DNA from: an uncultured Ruminococcus sp.
GTDB taxonomy: Bacteria; Bacillota; Clostridia; Oscillospirales; CAG-272
Assembly: GCA_964629225.1 (NCBI GenBank)
Contig: CAZVQC010000004.1
Location: 32,766-96,765, forward strand
Direction of reading: 5' to 3'
Length of the DNA stretch: 64,000 bases
Under the pieces are notes generated by a model. The model was not told the origin of the DNA. It searched no databases and was given only the letters and a program-made list of their open reading frames with translations. Positions 1 to 9,501 of the stretch are shown piece by piece; position 1 is the first letter of the stretch; each line of letters begins with the position of its first letter. The position numbers and the translations under genes were made by a program.

Positions 1-759
1 GGTAAAGCAGGAGCCTTTGGCAAAAGGCTGACTCTTGACGGGGAAAAACGTGCCGTTTTTGCATCTCTCGGTGTCGACAGAGTTATCTTTGAGGATTTTG
101 AGGCGGTGTGCGATATGTCGCCGGAGGATTTTGTAAGAGACTATCTGCGGAAACTCGGATGCCGATTTGTTGCAACGGGCAGTAATTTCCGATTCGGAAA
201 GGGCACCGCCGCCGATGTGACCGACCTGTCACGGATCTGTGCGGAGGGGGGCATTGCCTGCTCCGCTGTGGAGACGGTGACTGCGGACGGGGTCGCGGTA
301 TCCTCCACCGTGATAAGGGAGCTTGTGAAAGCGGGAGACGTGGAAAAGGCTCGCCGTTTTCTTGAGGGAGACTTTTTTATGATGGGTGAGGTGACCCACG
401 GAAGGACGATAGGAAAGACTATCGGTTTTCCCACCGTCAATTTAAGATTCGAAAACGGAAAGATCATCCCGAAGCACGGAGTCTATTTTACCGAGACCGA
501 TATCGGGTGGGAGAGATATCCCTCTGTTACCAACGTGGGGATAAGACCCACCGTGGGAGGTCATGAATGCCGTGCCGAGACCCATATACTGTCCTTTGAT
601 GAGGATCTTTACGGGCGAATGATATCCGTGCGCTTCAAAAGATTCAGCCGTCCCGAAATGAAGCTGCCGGACAAGCGTGCCCTTCGTGAGATGATAGCAG
701 AGGACGTTTCAAATACAAAACGCTATTTCGAAAAAGCGGGAGGAGAAAATGAAAGATAG
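1..759 (+). CDS. ribF: Bifunctional riboflavin kinase/FAD synthetase, 5'-truncated by the window edge
   Basis: Frame is open from base 1. Motifs NFRFG, VSSTVIR, GRTIGKTIGFPTVN, TNVGIRPT, ETHIL. Confidence 0.95.
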   Translation, partial: GKAGAFGKRLTLDGEKRAVFASLGVDRVIFEDFEAVCDMSPEDFVRDYLRKLGCRFVATGSNFRFGKGTAADVTDLSRICAEGGIACSAVETVTADGVAVSSTVIRELVKAGDVEKARRFLEGDFFMMGEVTHGRTIGKTIGFPTVNLRFENGKIIPKHGVYFTETDIGWERYPSVTNVGIRPTVGGHECRAETHILSFDEDLYGRMISVRFKRFSRPEMKLPDKRALREMIAEDVSNTKRYFEKAGGENER

Positions 760-2044
760 GATCTTAAGGATCTCGGTCTTTGCCGTGATCTTGGCTGTTT
801 TAATACCGTCTGCGGCTTCCTTTTCTTCTTTTGCCGCCGAGGAGCCGACGGTCACGGGGGCAAAGGCCGCTTACATTCTCTGCCTTGAGACCGGTGACGT
901 GCTGTTCGAATACAACCCGGAGATAACGCTCTACCCCACCTCTTCTGTCAAGATGATGACGGCTATCGTGGCGATAGAAGCTCTTTCCGACAGGCTTGAC
1001 GAGCAGGTGTCGGTGACGTCCGCTATGCTGAGAGAGGTGTCGGGAAACCGACTCGGTCTTGAAGCGGGAGAAGTTGTGACGGTGAACGATCTGATCCACA
1101 TATTAATAACCGGCGGCAATAACGATGGCGCATACTGTCTTGCAAATCTGGTGGCAGGCTCGACCGATGCCTTCGTCGCCAAAATGAACGACAAAGCGAA
1201 GGCCCTCGGCGCAAACAACACTCACTACACCAACCCTACCGGGATGCACGATGCCCAAATGACGACGACTCTCTATGACACCGTCCTCATCGCACAGTAT
1301 GCCCGCAGTCTGCCCATATTCGAGGAGGCATCCGGAACGCCCAAATACGTAATGGATGCCACCAATAAGAACGCATACCGCAATATCTACAATCGCAACT
1401 GTCTCATTTCCAAGTACTACGATGCCCATTATTACAACGAAAAGTGCTCCGGCCTCAATGCGGGAAGCACCGAGCAGGGAGGGCACTGTGTCATCACGGT
1501 TGCCAAGAACGGGGATCTTTCGTATCTTGTAGCAGTGATGGGAGCGGATTCCACGGCGGACAAGATCTACTCCTACGTGAACGTGCAGGCTCTTATCGAC
1601 TGGGCATTCGACTCATTTGCCATGGTCAGTGTCCTTCACAGCGGCGACATGATCTACGAGATACCGGTGACCCTGTCGGCGGCGGTGGATTTCGTCACGC
1701 TGACTCCTTCCGAGGACGTCTCTGTGTTCCTGCCCACCGATGTCAATGTGAAGGAGGAGATCACCTACAGCTGGTACACGACCGAGGAGGAGCTTGAAGC
1801 GCCTCTCAAAGAGGGACAGGTGGTAGGACGGGTCAGCGCTTCCAGAAACGGAGTGGTGCTGGGAACCAGCGATCTTGTGGTCACCAGTGACGTGGATAGG
1901 AGCGACTTCCTCTACACGCTGGATCAGATCGAAAGATTCACAAAGAGCGGCGGCTTCATAGCGGGAGTTATCATGGCGATAGTTCTTGCGGTGGCGGTGA
2001 TATTTGTCAACGCCTACCGTAGGAAGAGCAGAAACGTCTATTAA
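749..2044 (+). CDS. Peptidase S11 D-alanyl-D-alanine carboxypeptidase-like protein with degenerate catalytic motifs
   Basis: Signal peptide, YPTSSVKMMT (SxxK), NPTGMH, PBP5-like C-terminal domain and C-terminal TM helix. SxN reads GNN and KTG reads NAG. Overlaps the ribF stop. Confidence 0.85.
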   Translation: MKDRILRISVFAVILAVLIPSAASFSSFAAEEPTVTGAKAAYILCLETGDVLFEYNPEITLYPTSSVKMMTAIVAIEALSDRLDEQVSVTSAMLREVSGNRLGLEAGEVVTVNDLIHILITGGNNDGAYCLANLVAGSTDAFVAKMNDKAKALGANNTHYTNPTGMHDAQMTTTLYDTVLIAQYARSLPIFEEASGTPKYVMDATNKNAYRNIYNRNCLISKYYDAHYYNEKCSGLNAGSTEQGGHCVITVAKNGDLSYLVAVMGADSTADKIYSYVNVQALIDWAFDSFAMVSVLHSGDMIYEIPVTLSAAVDFVTLTPSEDVSVFLPTDVNVKEEITYSWYTTEEELEAPLKEGQVVGRVSASRNGVVLGTSDLVVTSDVDRSDFLYTLDQIERFTKSGGFIAGVIMAIVLAVAVIFVNAYRRKSRNVY

Positions 2045-2170
2045 GCCCGGCAAGAATAACATTTTTTAGTGACAGTTGTTAATTTTCAAAAGATGGGCTT
2101 CCTTTTTTCTGCCGGTGTGGTATCATTATGGACGAAAAAGACAAAATAGTGAAAGAAAGGGCTTTTTAAG

Positions 2171-2644
2171 GTGGCAATAGAAAAAGCGAGAGAGTACCTT
2201 GCGAAGTTCGGTCTTGATGGAGACGTGATGGAATTTGATGTCTCAAGTGCGACTGTTGAACTTGCGGCAAAGGCGCTCGGTGTTGACGGCGCAAGGATAG
2301 CAAAGACCTTGTCCTTCATGACGGATGTCCCGATACTTATCGTGACGGCGGGAGATGCCAAGATAGATAACAAAAAATACAAAGAGAGATTCCGCACAAA
2401 AGCAAAAATGCTCTCTTTTGATGAGGTGGAGGCGCTCATAGGTCACGCCGTGGGCGGTGTCTGCCCCTTCGGAATAAAAGAGGGAGTCAAGGTGTTCCTT
2501 GATGTTTCGCTCAAGAGATTTGAAACGGTCTTTCCCGCTTGCGGAAGTTCCAACAGCGCAATCGAACTGACTCCCGAAAGACTTTTTGAGATATCGAAGG
2601 ATGCGGAGTGGGTGGACGTATGCAAGCTACCTGCGACAGAATAA
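2171..2644 (+). CDS. YbaK/EbsC family aminoacyl-tRNA editing protein
   Basis: SSATVELAA, IAKTLSF, GGVCPFG, PACGSSNSAIEL. GTG start. Confidence 0.9.
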   Translation: MAIEKAREYLAKFGLDGDVMEFDVSSATVELAAKALGVDGARIAKTLSFMTDVPILIVTAGDAKIDNKKYKERFRTKAKMLSFDEVEALIGHAVGGVCPFGIKEGVKVFLDVSLKRFETVFPACGSSNSAIELTPERLFEISKDAEWVDVCKLPATE

Positions 2645-2678
2645 CGGTTAATTACAGTTTCAATACAAGGAGATAAAA

Positions 2679-4328
2679 ATGAGCACGCAACTTAAGAAAA
2701 CGGCAAATGACATCGGAGTGAAGGGTCCCGTCCTCACAATAGTTATGGACGGCGTCGGCATAGCACCGGAAACGGAAGGTAACGCAGTTAAGCGCGCCTA
2801 CACACCCACACTGGATATGTTGATGAGCAAGTATCCTACGCTGACATTGAAGGCTCACGGTACGGCTGTCGGACTTCCTTCCGATGATGACATGGGCAAC
2901 TCCGAGGTGGGACATAATGCGCTTGGTTCTGGCCAGGTGTTCGCACAGGGCGCGAAATTGGTGTCCAACTCCATTGAAAGCGGAAAGATGTTCGAATCCG
3001 ATGCATGGAAAGAAGTAACCGAGAATGCAAAGGGTCATACCCTCCATTTCCTCGGTCTTTTCTCCGACGGAAACGTCCACTCCCACATAGATCACCTTAA
3101 GGCGATGATCAAAGCAGCAAAGGACTGCGGTGTTGAAAAGGTCAGAGTCCACATCCTTCTTGACGGACGTGACGTAGGGGAGACGTCCGCTCTCGATTAT
3201 GTTGAGCCCTTTGAGGAATTCATTTCGGGATTGAGAGACGGCTCATTCGACATCAAGATCGCATCCGGCGGCGGAAGAATGAATATCACCATGGACCGTT
3301 ACGAGGCTAACTGGGCTATGGTGGAAAAGGGTTGGAAGACCCACGTCCTCGGAGAGGGCAGAGCATTTGCCTCCGCCAAGGAAGCCATTGAGACCTACAG
3401 ATCCGAGACAGGTGCAATAGACCAAGATCTTGAACCCTTCGTCATAGCCGAGAACGGCACCCCCGTCGGCACTGTTGAGGACGGAGACAGCGTGGTTTTC
3501 TTTAATTTCAGAGGCGACCGTGCTATCGAGATATCAAAGGCGTTCGAAGGCGGAAGCGATTTTGACAAGTTTGACCGTGTCCGCGCTCCGAAGGTAGTCT
3601 ACGCGGGTATGCTAGAATACGACGGCGATCTTCACATCCCCTCCCGTTACCTTGTCGCTCCTCCGGAGATAACCAATACTATGGGCGAGTATCTTGCGGA
3701 TGCAAAGATCAGCCAGTTTGCCATTTCCGAGACTCAAAAATACGGTCACGTAACGTATTTCTGGAACGGCAACAGAAGCGGCAAATTCTCCGATGAATAC
3801 GAGACTTATGAGGAGATCCCCTCGGATATCGTTCCCTTCGAGCAGAGGCCTTGGATGAAGTGTGCCGAGATCACCGACAGATTGATCGAAGCCCTCAGAA
3901 GCGGCAAATACAAATGCGTAAGAGTCAATTTCCCCAACGGGGACATGGTAGGTCACACGGGCAATCTTGAGGCTACCATTTGCTCAATGGAGGCTCTTGA
4001 CCTTCAGCTCGGACGTCTCCTTCCCGTCATTGATGAGCTTGGCGGAGTGGCACTCATCACCGCCGATCACGGCAATGCAGACGAGATGTACGAGACCGAT
4101 AAGAAGGGCAATGTGAAGCTTTCCAAGGACGGAAGCCACAAGGCCAAGACCAGCCACACTCTCAACAGGGTGCCCTTCATCATCTTCGACAACCATTACT
4201 CCGACAAATATTACGTCAAAGCGGACGAAGGTACTTTCGGACTTTCCGATGTTGCGGCAACTGTCATGAACTTCCTCGGATACGAGGCGCCTGCTATGTG
4301 GGACGAGTCCATGATAGAAGTAAAATAA
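2679..4328 (+). CDS. gpmI: 2,3-bisphosphoglycerate-independent phosphoglycerate mutase
   Basis: [40 protein letters not shown]. Confidence 0.97.
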   Translation: MSTQLKKTANDIGVKGPVLTIVMDGVGIAPETEGNAVKRAYTPTLDMLMSKYPTLTLKAHGTAVGLPSDDDMGNSEVGHNALGSGQVFAQGAKLVSNSIESGKMFESDAWKEVTENAKGHTLHFLGLFSDGNVHSHIDHLKAMIKAAKDCGVEKVRVHILLDGRDVGETSALDYVEPFEEFISGLRDGSFDIKIASGGGRMNITMDRYEANWAMVEKGWKTHVLGEGRAFASAKEAIETYRSETGAIDQDLEPFVIAENGTPVGTVEDGDSVVFFNFRGDRAIEISKAFEGGSDFDKFDRVRAPKVVYAGMLEYDGDLHIPSRYLVAPPEITNTMGEYLADAKISQFAISETQKYGHVTYFWNGNRSGKFSDEYETYEEIPSDIVPFEQRPWMKCAEITDRLIEALRSGKYKCVRVNFPNGDMVGHTGNLEATICSMEALDLQLGRLLPVIDELGGVALITADHGNADEMYETDKKGNVKLSKDGSHKAKTSHTLNRVPFIIFDNHYSDKYYVKADEGTFGLSDVAATVMNFLGYEAPAMWDESMIEVK

Positions 4329-4336
4329 AAAGGAAT

Positions 4337-4356
4337 GGGGCTGCCTTGGCAGCCCC
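4337..4356 (+). terminator. Hairpin after gpmI (terminator or mRNA-stabilising stem)
   Basis: GGGGCTGC-CTTG-GCAGCCCC with only a weak U-tract. Confidence 0.5.
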
Positions 4357-4367
4357 TGTCTTGAAAA

Positions 4368-5189
4368 ATGAGAAAAAACAAAAGCAAGATGACCCCCTTC
4401 GATACCGTAACGCTGATTCTCGCCCTATTTTGCTCCTTAAACTACTTTATGTTTCTTTGCAAACTGGTCTTTTTTCCGGAGAAGTTCTCCACGGTGGCGA
4501 TCACCTTTACAGTGTTCCTCGGTGCGACATTGCCTCTTATCCTTCACCGTCCCTTAAAGAGGCAATTAAAGAAAACGTATCCCTTTTTCAAAGGGTTGTT
4601 TGCACTGTGCCTTGCCATCTACTTCGTCACCTTTTCGGGGCTTTTCGGATATCTGCTTGTCATGGAGAACAGCGAGACTCCGCCCAAAGAGCTTCCGGAG
4701 AATACGGTGCTTATCGTTTTCGGCGCAAGAGTGAAGGGTACGGAGGAGCACTCCTATCCGGGAAAAGCCCTTCGTCTTCGCCTTGATGCAGCATATGAGG
4801 TGCTGAAGGAGGCCGACGGTACAGTCTGCATCGTAAGCGGCGGACAGGGCCTTGACGAGCCCGATTTCGAGGGGAAAGTGATGAAGGAGTATCTTATCTC
4901 AAAGGGGATCGAAGAGAGCAGAATAACCGCCGAAACGGCCTCTGAGGACACCCGTGAGAACATCAGGTACTCAATGGAGATTATTGAGGAAAAATACAAA
5001 GGCTACCACGTGGCCTGTGTTTCTTCAAATTATCATATTCTGAGGATCAAGCTGCTCTGCGACGAGGCGGAGCTTAACTGCGAGTACTTCTATTTCGCAC
5101 CGTCGGCAGATCCGTTGACTTACTACACCAGCATAGTAAGGGAATACATGACCCTGGGACGGCAGCTTTTGAGCCGTGCTGTCGGCTGA
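4368..5189 (+). CDS. YdcF/DUF218 (ElyC/SanA-like) membrane protein
   Basis: Three N-terminal TM segments, IVFGA, VSGGQG..E, DTRENI, VSSNYH, REY. Confidence 0.88.
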   Translation: MRKNKSKMTPFDTVTLILALFCSLNYFMFLCKLVFFPEKFSTVAITFTVFLGATLPLILHRPLKRQLKKTYPFFKGLFALCLAIYFVTFSGLFGYLLVMENSETPPKELPENTVLIVFGARVKGTEEHSYPGKALRLRLDAAYEVLKEADGTVCIVSGGQGLDEPDFEGKVMKEYLISKGIEESRITAETASEDTRENIRYSMEIIEEKYKGYHVACVSSNYHILRIKLLCDEAELNCEYFYFAPSADPLTYYTSIVREYMTLGRQLLSRAVG

Positions 5190-5253
5190 CGCCTCCGATA
5201 GGTATCGGGCCTCACTTAAAAATGACCGCCTGTGACACGCAAGTGTCCGGGTG

Positions 5254-5430
5254 GTCTTCTTGTATGACGGACATATTTGTGGTGAAAATTCTCAGAGAAG
5301 CAGTTGGCGACCACTTGAGAGAGGTTGTGCTGTGGAGGTGCGGGAAAACGGTGACTCACTACCGCCCACGGTACTGCAAAGCGACTTTTGCCCGCTTTGC
5401 CCGCCGGGGGATGAAGTCTTACAAGAAGAT
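5254..5430 (+). ncRNA. Structured ncRNA, probably the Clostridiales-1 RNA motif
   Basis: Nested stems: TCTTCTTGTA/TACAAGAAGA, CGGACA/TGCCCG, TCTCA/TGAGA, GAGGTTG/CGACTTT, GTGCTGTGG/CCACGGTAC, GCGG/CCGC. The segment TTTGTGGTGAAA...GCAGTTGGCGACCAC...GAGAGGTTG matches my recollection of the motif, which is unverified. Confidence 0.65.
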
Positions 5431-5556
5431 GAAGCAGGGACGCCGCACAGATCACGCTTCCCGAATGCTCGCTGTACTCGCCGGGAAGCGTGACGCGCGG
5501 CTATCGGCGCCCCTCCGCTCCACCGCCTGAGGCGACGTCGCGAAGCCTGCGCCTTG

Positions 5557-5606
5557 CCCCCTATCCGACGGCTAACGCCGCCACCTTCCCCCAACGGGGG
5601 AAGGCC
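5557..5606. repeat. REP-like intergenic palindromic element (CCCC-ATCCG-hairpin-CCACCTTCCCC-loop-GGGGAAGG type)
   Basis: CCCCCTATCCGACGGCTAACGCCGCCACCTTCCCCCAACGGGGGAAGG forms two tandem hairpins of a widespread short-repeat type. One copy in this window. Confidence 0.6.
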
Positions 5607-5628
5607 CCTATCCCCCGCAAGCATCCCC

Positions 5629-5657
5629 TCCCCCGCTTCGGCGGGGGAAATTTTTTT
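5629..5657 (+). terminator. Rho-independent terminator with UUCG tetraloop
   Basis: TCCCCCGC-TTCG-GCGGGGGA followed by AATTTTTTT. Confidence 0.75.
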
Positions 5658-5738
5658 GCACGTTTTTTGAAAGGAGTCGATGCAACAAAACTCTGAAGCA
5701 ATTTGGGGTTCTTGATCAGGATGACAGGTTGAGCCATG

Positions 5739-5775
5739 AAAAAATATGAAGCGCAGGCGAAAGCCTGCGCTTCAT
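5739..5775 (-). terminator. Rho-independent terminator of nifJ
   Basis: ATGAAGCGCAGGC-GAAA-GCCTGCGCTTCAT perfect 13-bp stem. The A-run on + gives a U-tract on -. Confidence 0.85.
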
Positions 5776-5791
5776 TAATGTCATTGACCAA

Positions 5792-8700
5792 TTACTCGTA
5801 GAGCTTGGAGTACTTGGTGAGTCTGTCATATTTAGCCTTAGCATTTTCTTCAGCTTCCTTGAAGAGCACTTCTGCTCTTTCGGGGAACTGCTGCATAAGT
5901 CTGCGATAACGGTTCTCGCTGGTGATGAAGTCTCTGTAGCTCTCTGTGGGCTCCTTGGAGTCGAGGGTGAAGGGATTCTTTCCTTCTGCTTTAGCGGAGG
6001 GATTGAATCTGAAGAGCTGCCAGTAGCCGGCAAGAACTGCCTTCTTCATCTCATCCTGGCAATTGACCATGCCGCCCTTAAGGCCGTGCATTTCGCAAGG
6101 AGCGTATCCGATGACGATGGAGGGGCCGGGATATGCTTCAGCTTCAACGAGAGCCTTGATGGTCTGGTTCATGTCAGCGCCCATAGCGATCTGTGCAACG
6201 TAGACGTAGCCGTAGGACATAGCGATCTCAGCGAGATTTTTCTTGCCGATAGCTTTGCCGGCAGCCGCAAACTGTGCGACCTGACCGATGTTGGAAGCCT
6301 TGGATGCCTGTCCGCCGGTGTTGGAGTAGACCTCGGTATCGAAGACCATGATGTTGACGTCTTCGCCGGAAGCGAGAACGTGGTCAAGGCCGCCGAAGCC
6401 GATATCGTATGCCCAGCCGTCGCCGCCGAAGATCCATACGGACTTCTTTGCAAGATAATCCTTGCCTTCCAGGATCTCCTTCTCTGCGGGAACTGTCTCG
6501 CAGGTTCCGCGAGCAACGTCATCTGCCAGCATTGCGCACATATGCTCAACTGCAGCAGCGTTAGCCTTTGCATCGTCAAGAGTGTTCAGGTAGCCCTCAA
6601 GGCAGCCTGTCCATTCCTCGGTGACGTTCATCTCTTTGTAGCGAACAAGAAGGTCACGTACCTTCTGAATGTATCTCTCACGGATGACCTTCTGTCCAAG
6701 GTGGATACCGAGACCGTGCTCGGCGTTGTCCTCGAACAGGGAGTTAGCCCATGCGGGACCGAAGCCTGTCTTGTTATTGACTGTGTAGGGAGTAGCAGGT
6801 GCGGAGCCGCCCCAAATGGAGGAACATCCCGTTGCGTTGGAGATGTACATTCTCTCACCGAAGAGCTGTGTGATGAGACGTGCGTAAGAGGTCTCGGCGC
6901 ATCCTGCGCAGGATCCGGAGAACTCAAGCAGAGGCTGCTTGAACTGGCTTCCCTTGACTGTATTTGCGATAAGCTCGGGCTTCTCGGAGACGTTTGCAAC
7001 AGCATAGTCGAATACTTCCTGCTGTGCTGCCTGTGTCTCTTGAGCGATCATTTCGATAGCTTTCTTGTCCGTACCGTCGGCGATAGCCTTCTTTGTAACA
7101 GGGCAAGCCTTGACGCAGAGCGTGCATCCCATACAGTCCAGAGGAGAAACCGCCATGGAGAACTTGTAATTTGTCTTGATAACGGGCTTCTCTGTGAACT
7201 TGGTAGCTGCGGGAGCGTTAGCTGCCTCCTCTTCGTTCATGGCGAAGGGACGAATAGCAGCATGAGGACATACGAATGCACAGTTGTTGCACTGGATGCA
7301 GTTTTCAGCGTGCCATACGGGAACGTTGACTGCAACACCGCGCTTCTCGGAAGCGGCAGCACCCTGCGGGAACGTACCGTCAACATAGTCCTTGAAGGCG
7401 GATACGGGAAGCTTGTCGCCTGCCATTGCGCCTACGGGGGTAACGATGTTGTTTACGAAGTCAACGAGGTCACGTCTCTTGCCTTCGAATGCAGCCTTGG
7501 GAGCATCCGCTGCGGGATCTTTCCAACTGTTGGGAACGGCGATCTCTTTGAATGCATCTGCGCCTGCCTCGATAGCGGCATAGTTCAGATCCACCATTGC
7601 CTGTCCCTTCTTGATGTAGGACTTGTACGCCATCTTCTTCATGTACTCGATAGCCTCATCCTTGGGAAGGATGTTGGCAAGAGCGAAGAATGCGGACTGA
7701 AGGACAGTATTCTTTACCTTCGCATTGCCGATCTTATTGGTAGCGATATCGGTAGCGTTGATGGTGTAGAATTTTACGTTGTTATTTGCGATGTAGCTCT
7801 TAACATCTGCAGGCAGATGAGCATCCAGCTCTTCGGGAGTCCAGTGACAGTCAAGCATGAACGTTCCGCCGGGCTTCACGTCACTTACGATGTCATACTT
7901 CGTGATGTATGCCTGGTTGTGGCAGGCAACGAAGTCGGCCTTTGTGATGTAGTAGGGACTCTTGATGGGCTTGTCGCCGAAACGGAGGTGAGAAATGGTA
8001 ACGCCGCCGGTTTTCTTGGAGTCATACTGGAAGTATGCCTGGATGAATTTGTCGGTGTGGTCACCGATGATCTTGATGGAGTTCTTGTTTGCGCCGACGG
8101 TACCGTCACCGCCGAGACCCCAGAATTTGCAGGAGATAGTTCCCTTTGCGGATGTGTCGGGAGCGGGCTTCTCGTCGAGAGAGTGACCGGTAACGTCGTC
8201 TACGATACCGATGGTGAAGTCAGCCTTGGGCTCGTCCTTGGCAAGGTTCTCGTAAACTGCGAAAACGGATGCCGGAGGAGTATTCTTGGAACCGAGACCG
8301 TATCTACCGCCAACTACCTTGATGTCGCTTCTGCCGGTAACGGAGAGAGCTGTCATAACGTCCAGATAGAGAGGCTCGCCGAGAGCGCCGGGCTCTTTCG
8401 TTCTGTCGAGAACTGCGATTTTCTTGCAGGTTGCGGGGATAGCCTCAGCAAGCTTTGCGGCAACGAAAGGTCTGTACAGACGTACCTTTACGAGACCTAC
8501 CTTTTCGCCCTGAGCCATCATGTAGTCGATGACCTCTTCCGCTACGTCGCAGATGGAGCCCATTGCGATGATGACACGCTCTGCATCGGGAGCGCCGTAG
8601 TAGTTGAAGAGCTTGTAATCCGTGCCGATCTTGGCATTGATCTTGTCCATGTAATCCTCAACGATAGCGGGAAGAGCATCGTAGTAGGAGTTGCAAGCTT

Positions 8701-9388
8701 CTCTGTGCTGGAAGAAGATATCGCCGTTTTCGGCAGAACCGCGGAGAACGGGATGTTCGGGATTCAGCGCACGTGCACGGAACTCTGCGATAGCATCCTG
8801 ATCTACCATTTCCTTGAGATCGTCGTAGTCCCAAGCTTCGATCTTCTGGATCTCATGGGAGGTACGGAAGCCGTCAAAGAAGTTAAGGAAAGGAACTCTG
8901 CCCTTGATAGCGGAAAGGTGAGCGACAGCCGCAAGATCCATTACTTCCTGAGGATTGGACTCAGCCATCATAGCAAAGCCGGTCTGACGGCAAGCGTAGA
9001 CGTCGGAATGGTCACCGAAAATGTTGAGTGCATGGGACGCAACACAACGTGCGGATACGTGGATAACGCAGGGGAGAAGTTCACCGGCGATCTTGTACAT
9101 GTTGGGGATCATCAAAAGAAGACCCTGAGATGCTGTGAACGTGGTGGTGAGAGCACCGGCTGCCAGTGAGCCGTGAACTGCACCTGCCGCACCTGCTTCG
9201 GATTGCATCTCAACGACTTTTACTTCGTCGTTGAAAATGTTCTTGAGACCTGTGGCAGACCAAGAGTCTGTCAGCTCAGCCATTACAGATGAGGGAGTGA
9301 TGGGGTAAATTGCGGCAACTTCCGTGAACGCATACGAAGCATGCGCGGCGGCGGTGTTACCGTCCATGGAAATCTTTTTTCTAGCCAT
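5792..9388 (-). CDS. nifJ: Pyruvate:ferredoxin (flavodoxin) oxidoreductase
   Basis: AIYPITPSS, EMQSEAGAAG, two CxxCxxC...CP ferredoxin motifs, SCAGCAET, GGDGWAYDIG TPP motif. 1198 aa. Confidence 0.98.
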   Translation of the reverse strand: MARKKISMDGNTAAAHASYAFTEVAAIYPITPSSVMAELTDSWSATGLKNIFNDEVKVVEMQSEAGAAGAVHGSLAAGALTTTFTASQGLLLMIPNMYKIAGELLPCVIHVSARCVASHALNIFGDHSDVYACRQTGFAMMAESNPQEVMDLAAVAHLSAIKGRVPFLNFFDGFRTSHEIQKIEAWDYDDLKEMVDQDAIAEFRARALNPEHPVLRGSAENGDIFFQHREACNSYYDALPAIVEDYMDKINAKIGTDYKLFNYYGAPDAERVIIAMGSICDVAEEVIDYMMAQGEKVGLVKVRLYRPFVAAKLAEAIPATCKKIAVLDRTKEPGALGEPLYLDVMTALSVTGRSDIKVVGGRYGLGSKNTPPASVFAVYENLAKDEPKADFTIGIVDDVTGHSLDEKPAPDTSAKGTISCKFWGLGGDGTVGANKNSIKIIGDHTDKFIQAYFQYDSKKTGGVTISHLRFGDKPIKSPYYITKADFVACHNQAYITKYDIVSDVKPGGTFMLDCHWTPEELDAHLPADVKSYIANNNVKFYTINATDIATNKIGNAKVKNTVLQSAFFALANILPKDEAIEYMKKMAYKSYIKKGQAMVDLNYAAIEAGADAFKEIAVPNSWKDPAADAPKAAFEGKRRDLVDFVNNIVTPVGAMAGDKLPVSAFKDYVDGTFPQGAAASEKRGVAVNVPVWHAENCIQCNNCAFVCPHAAIRPFAMNEEEAANAPAATKFTEKPVIKTNYKFSMAVSPLDCMGCTLCVKACPVTKKAIADGTDKKAIEMIAQETQAAQQEVFDYAVANVSEKPELIANTVKGSQFKQPLLEFSGSCAGCAETSYARLITQLFGERMYISNATGCSSIWGGSAPATPYTVNNKTGFGPAWANSLFEDNAEHGLGIHLGQKVIRERYIQKVRDLLVRYKEMNVTEEWTGCLEGYLNTLDDAKANAAAVEHMCAMLADDVARGTCETVPAEKEILEGKDYLAKKSVWIFGGDGWAYDIGFGGLDHVLASGEDVNIMVFDTEVYSNTGGQASKASNIGQVAQFAAAGKAIGKKNLAEIAMSYGYVYVAQIAMGADMNQTIKALVEAEAYPGPSIVIGYAPCEMHGLKGGMVNCQDEMKKAVLAGYWQLFRFNPSAKAEGKNPFTLDSKEPTESYRDFITSENRYRRLMQQFPERAEVLFKEAEENAKAKYDRLTKYSKLYE

Positions 9389-9472
9389 GAATTTGAGTTC
9401 CTCCTGTTATGTATTTGTTTTTATTAAAAACGGTCGTAAAGCCCCTATAAAAAGGACATTCTACAATAACTA

Positions 9473-9501
9473 ATTATACCGCACTTTTCAGCTTTTGTAA
9501 A
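9473..9501 (-). promoter_or_regulatory. sigmaA promoter of nifJ
   Basis: TTTACA-17 bp-TATAAT on the minus strand. Confidence 0.65.

Noticed and set aside
5216-5791. Several short ORFs of 68-110 aa, and the alternatives tmRNA, RNase P, SRP or 6S RNA
   Set aside because: The ORFs lack an RBS and have Arg/Pro-rich junk composition. Diagnostic cores (GAGGAAAGTCC, a tRNA-like end, CAGG-CCGGAAGG-AGCAG) are absent.
6086-9169. 1027-aa ORF antisense to nifJ
   Set aside because: It is a shadow ORF caused by codon bias in a highly expressed gene, with no recognisable motifs.
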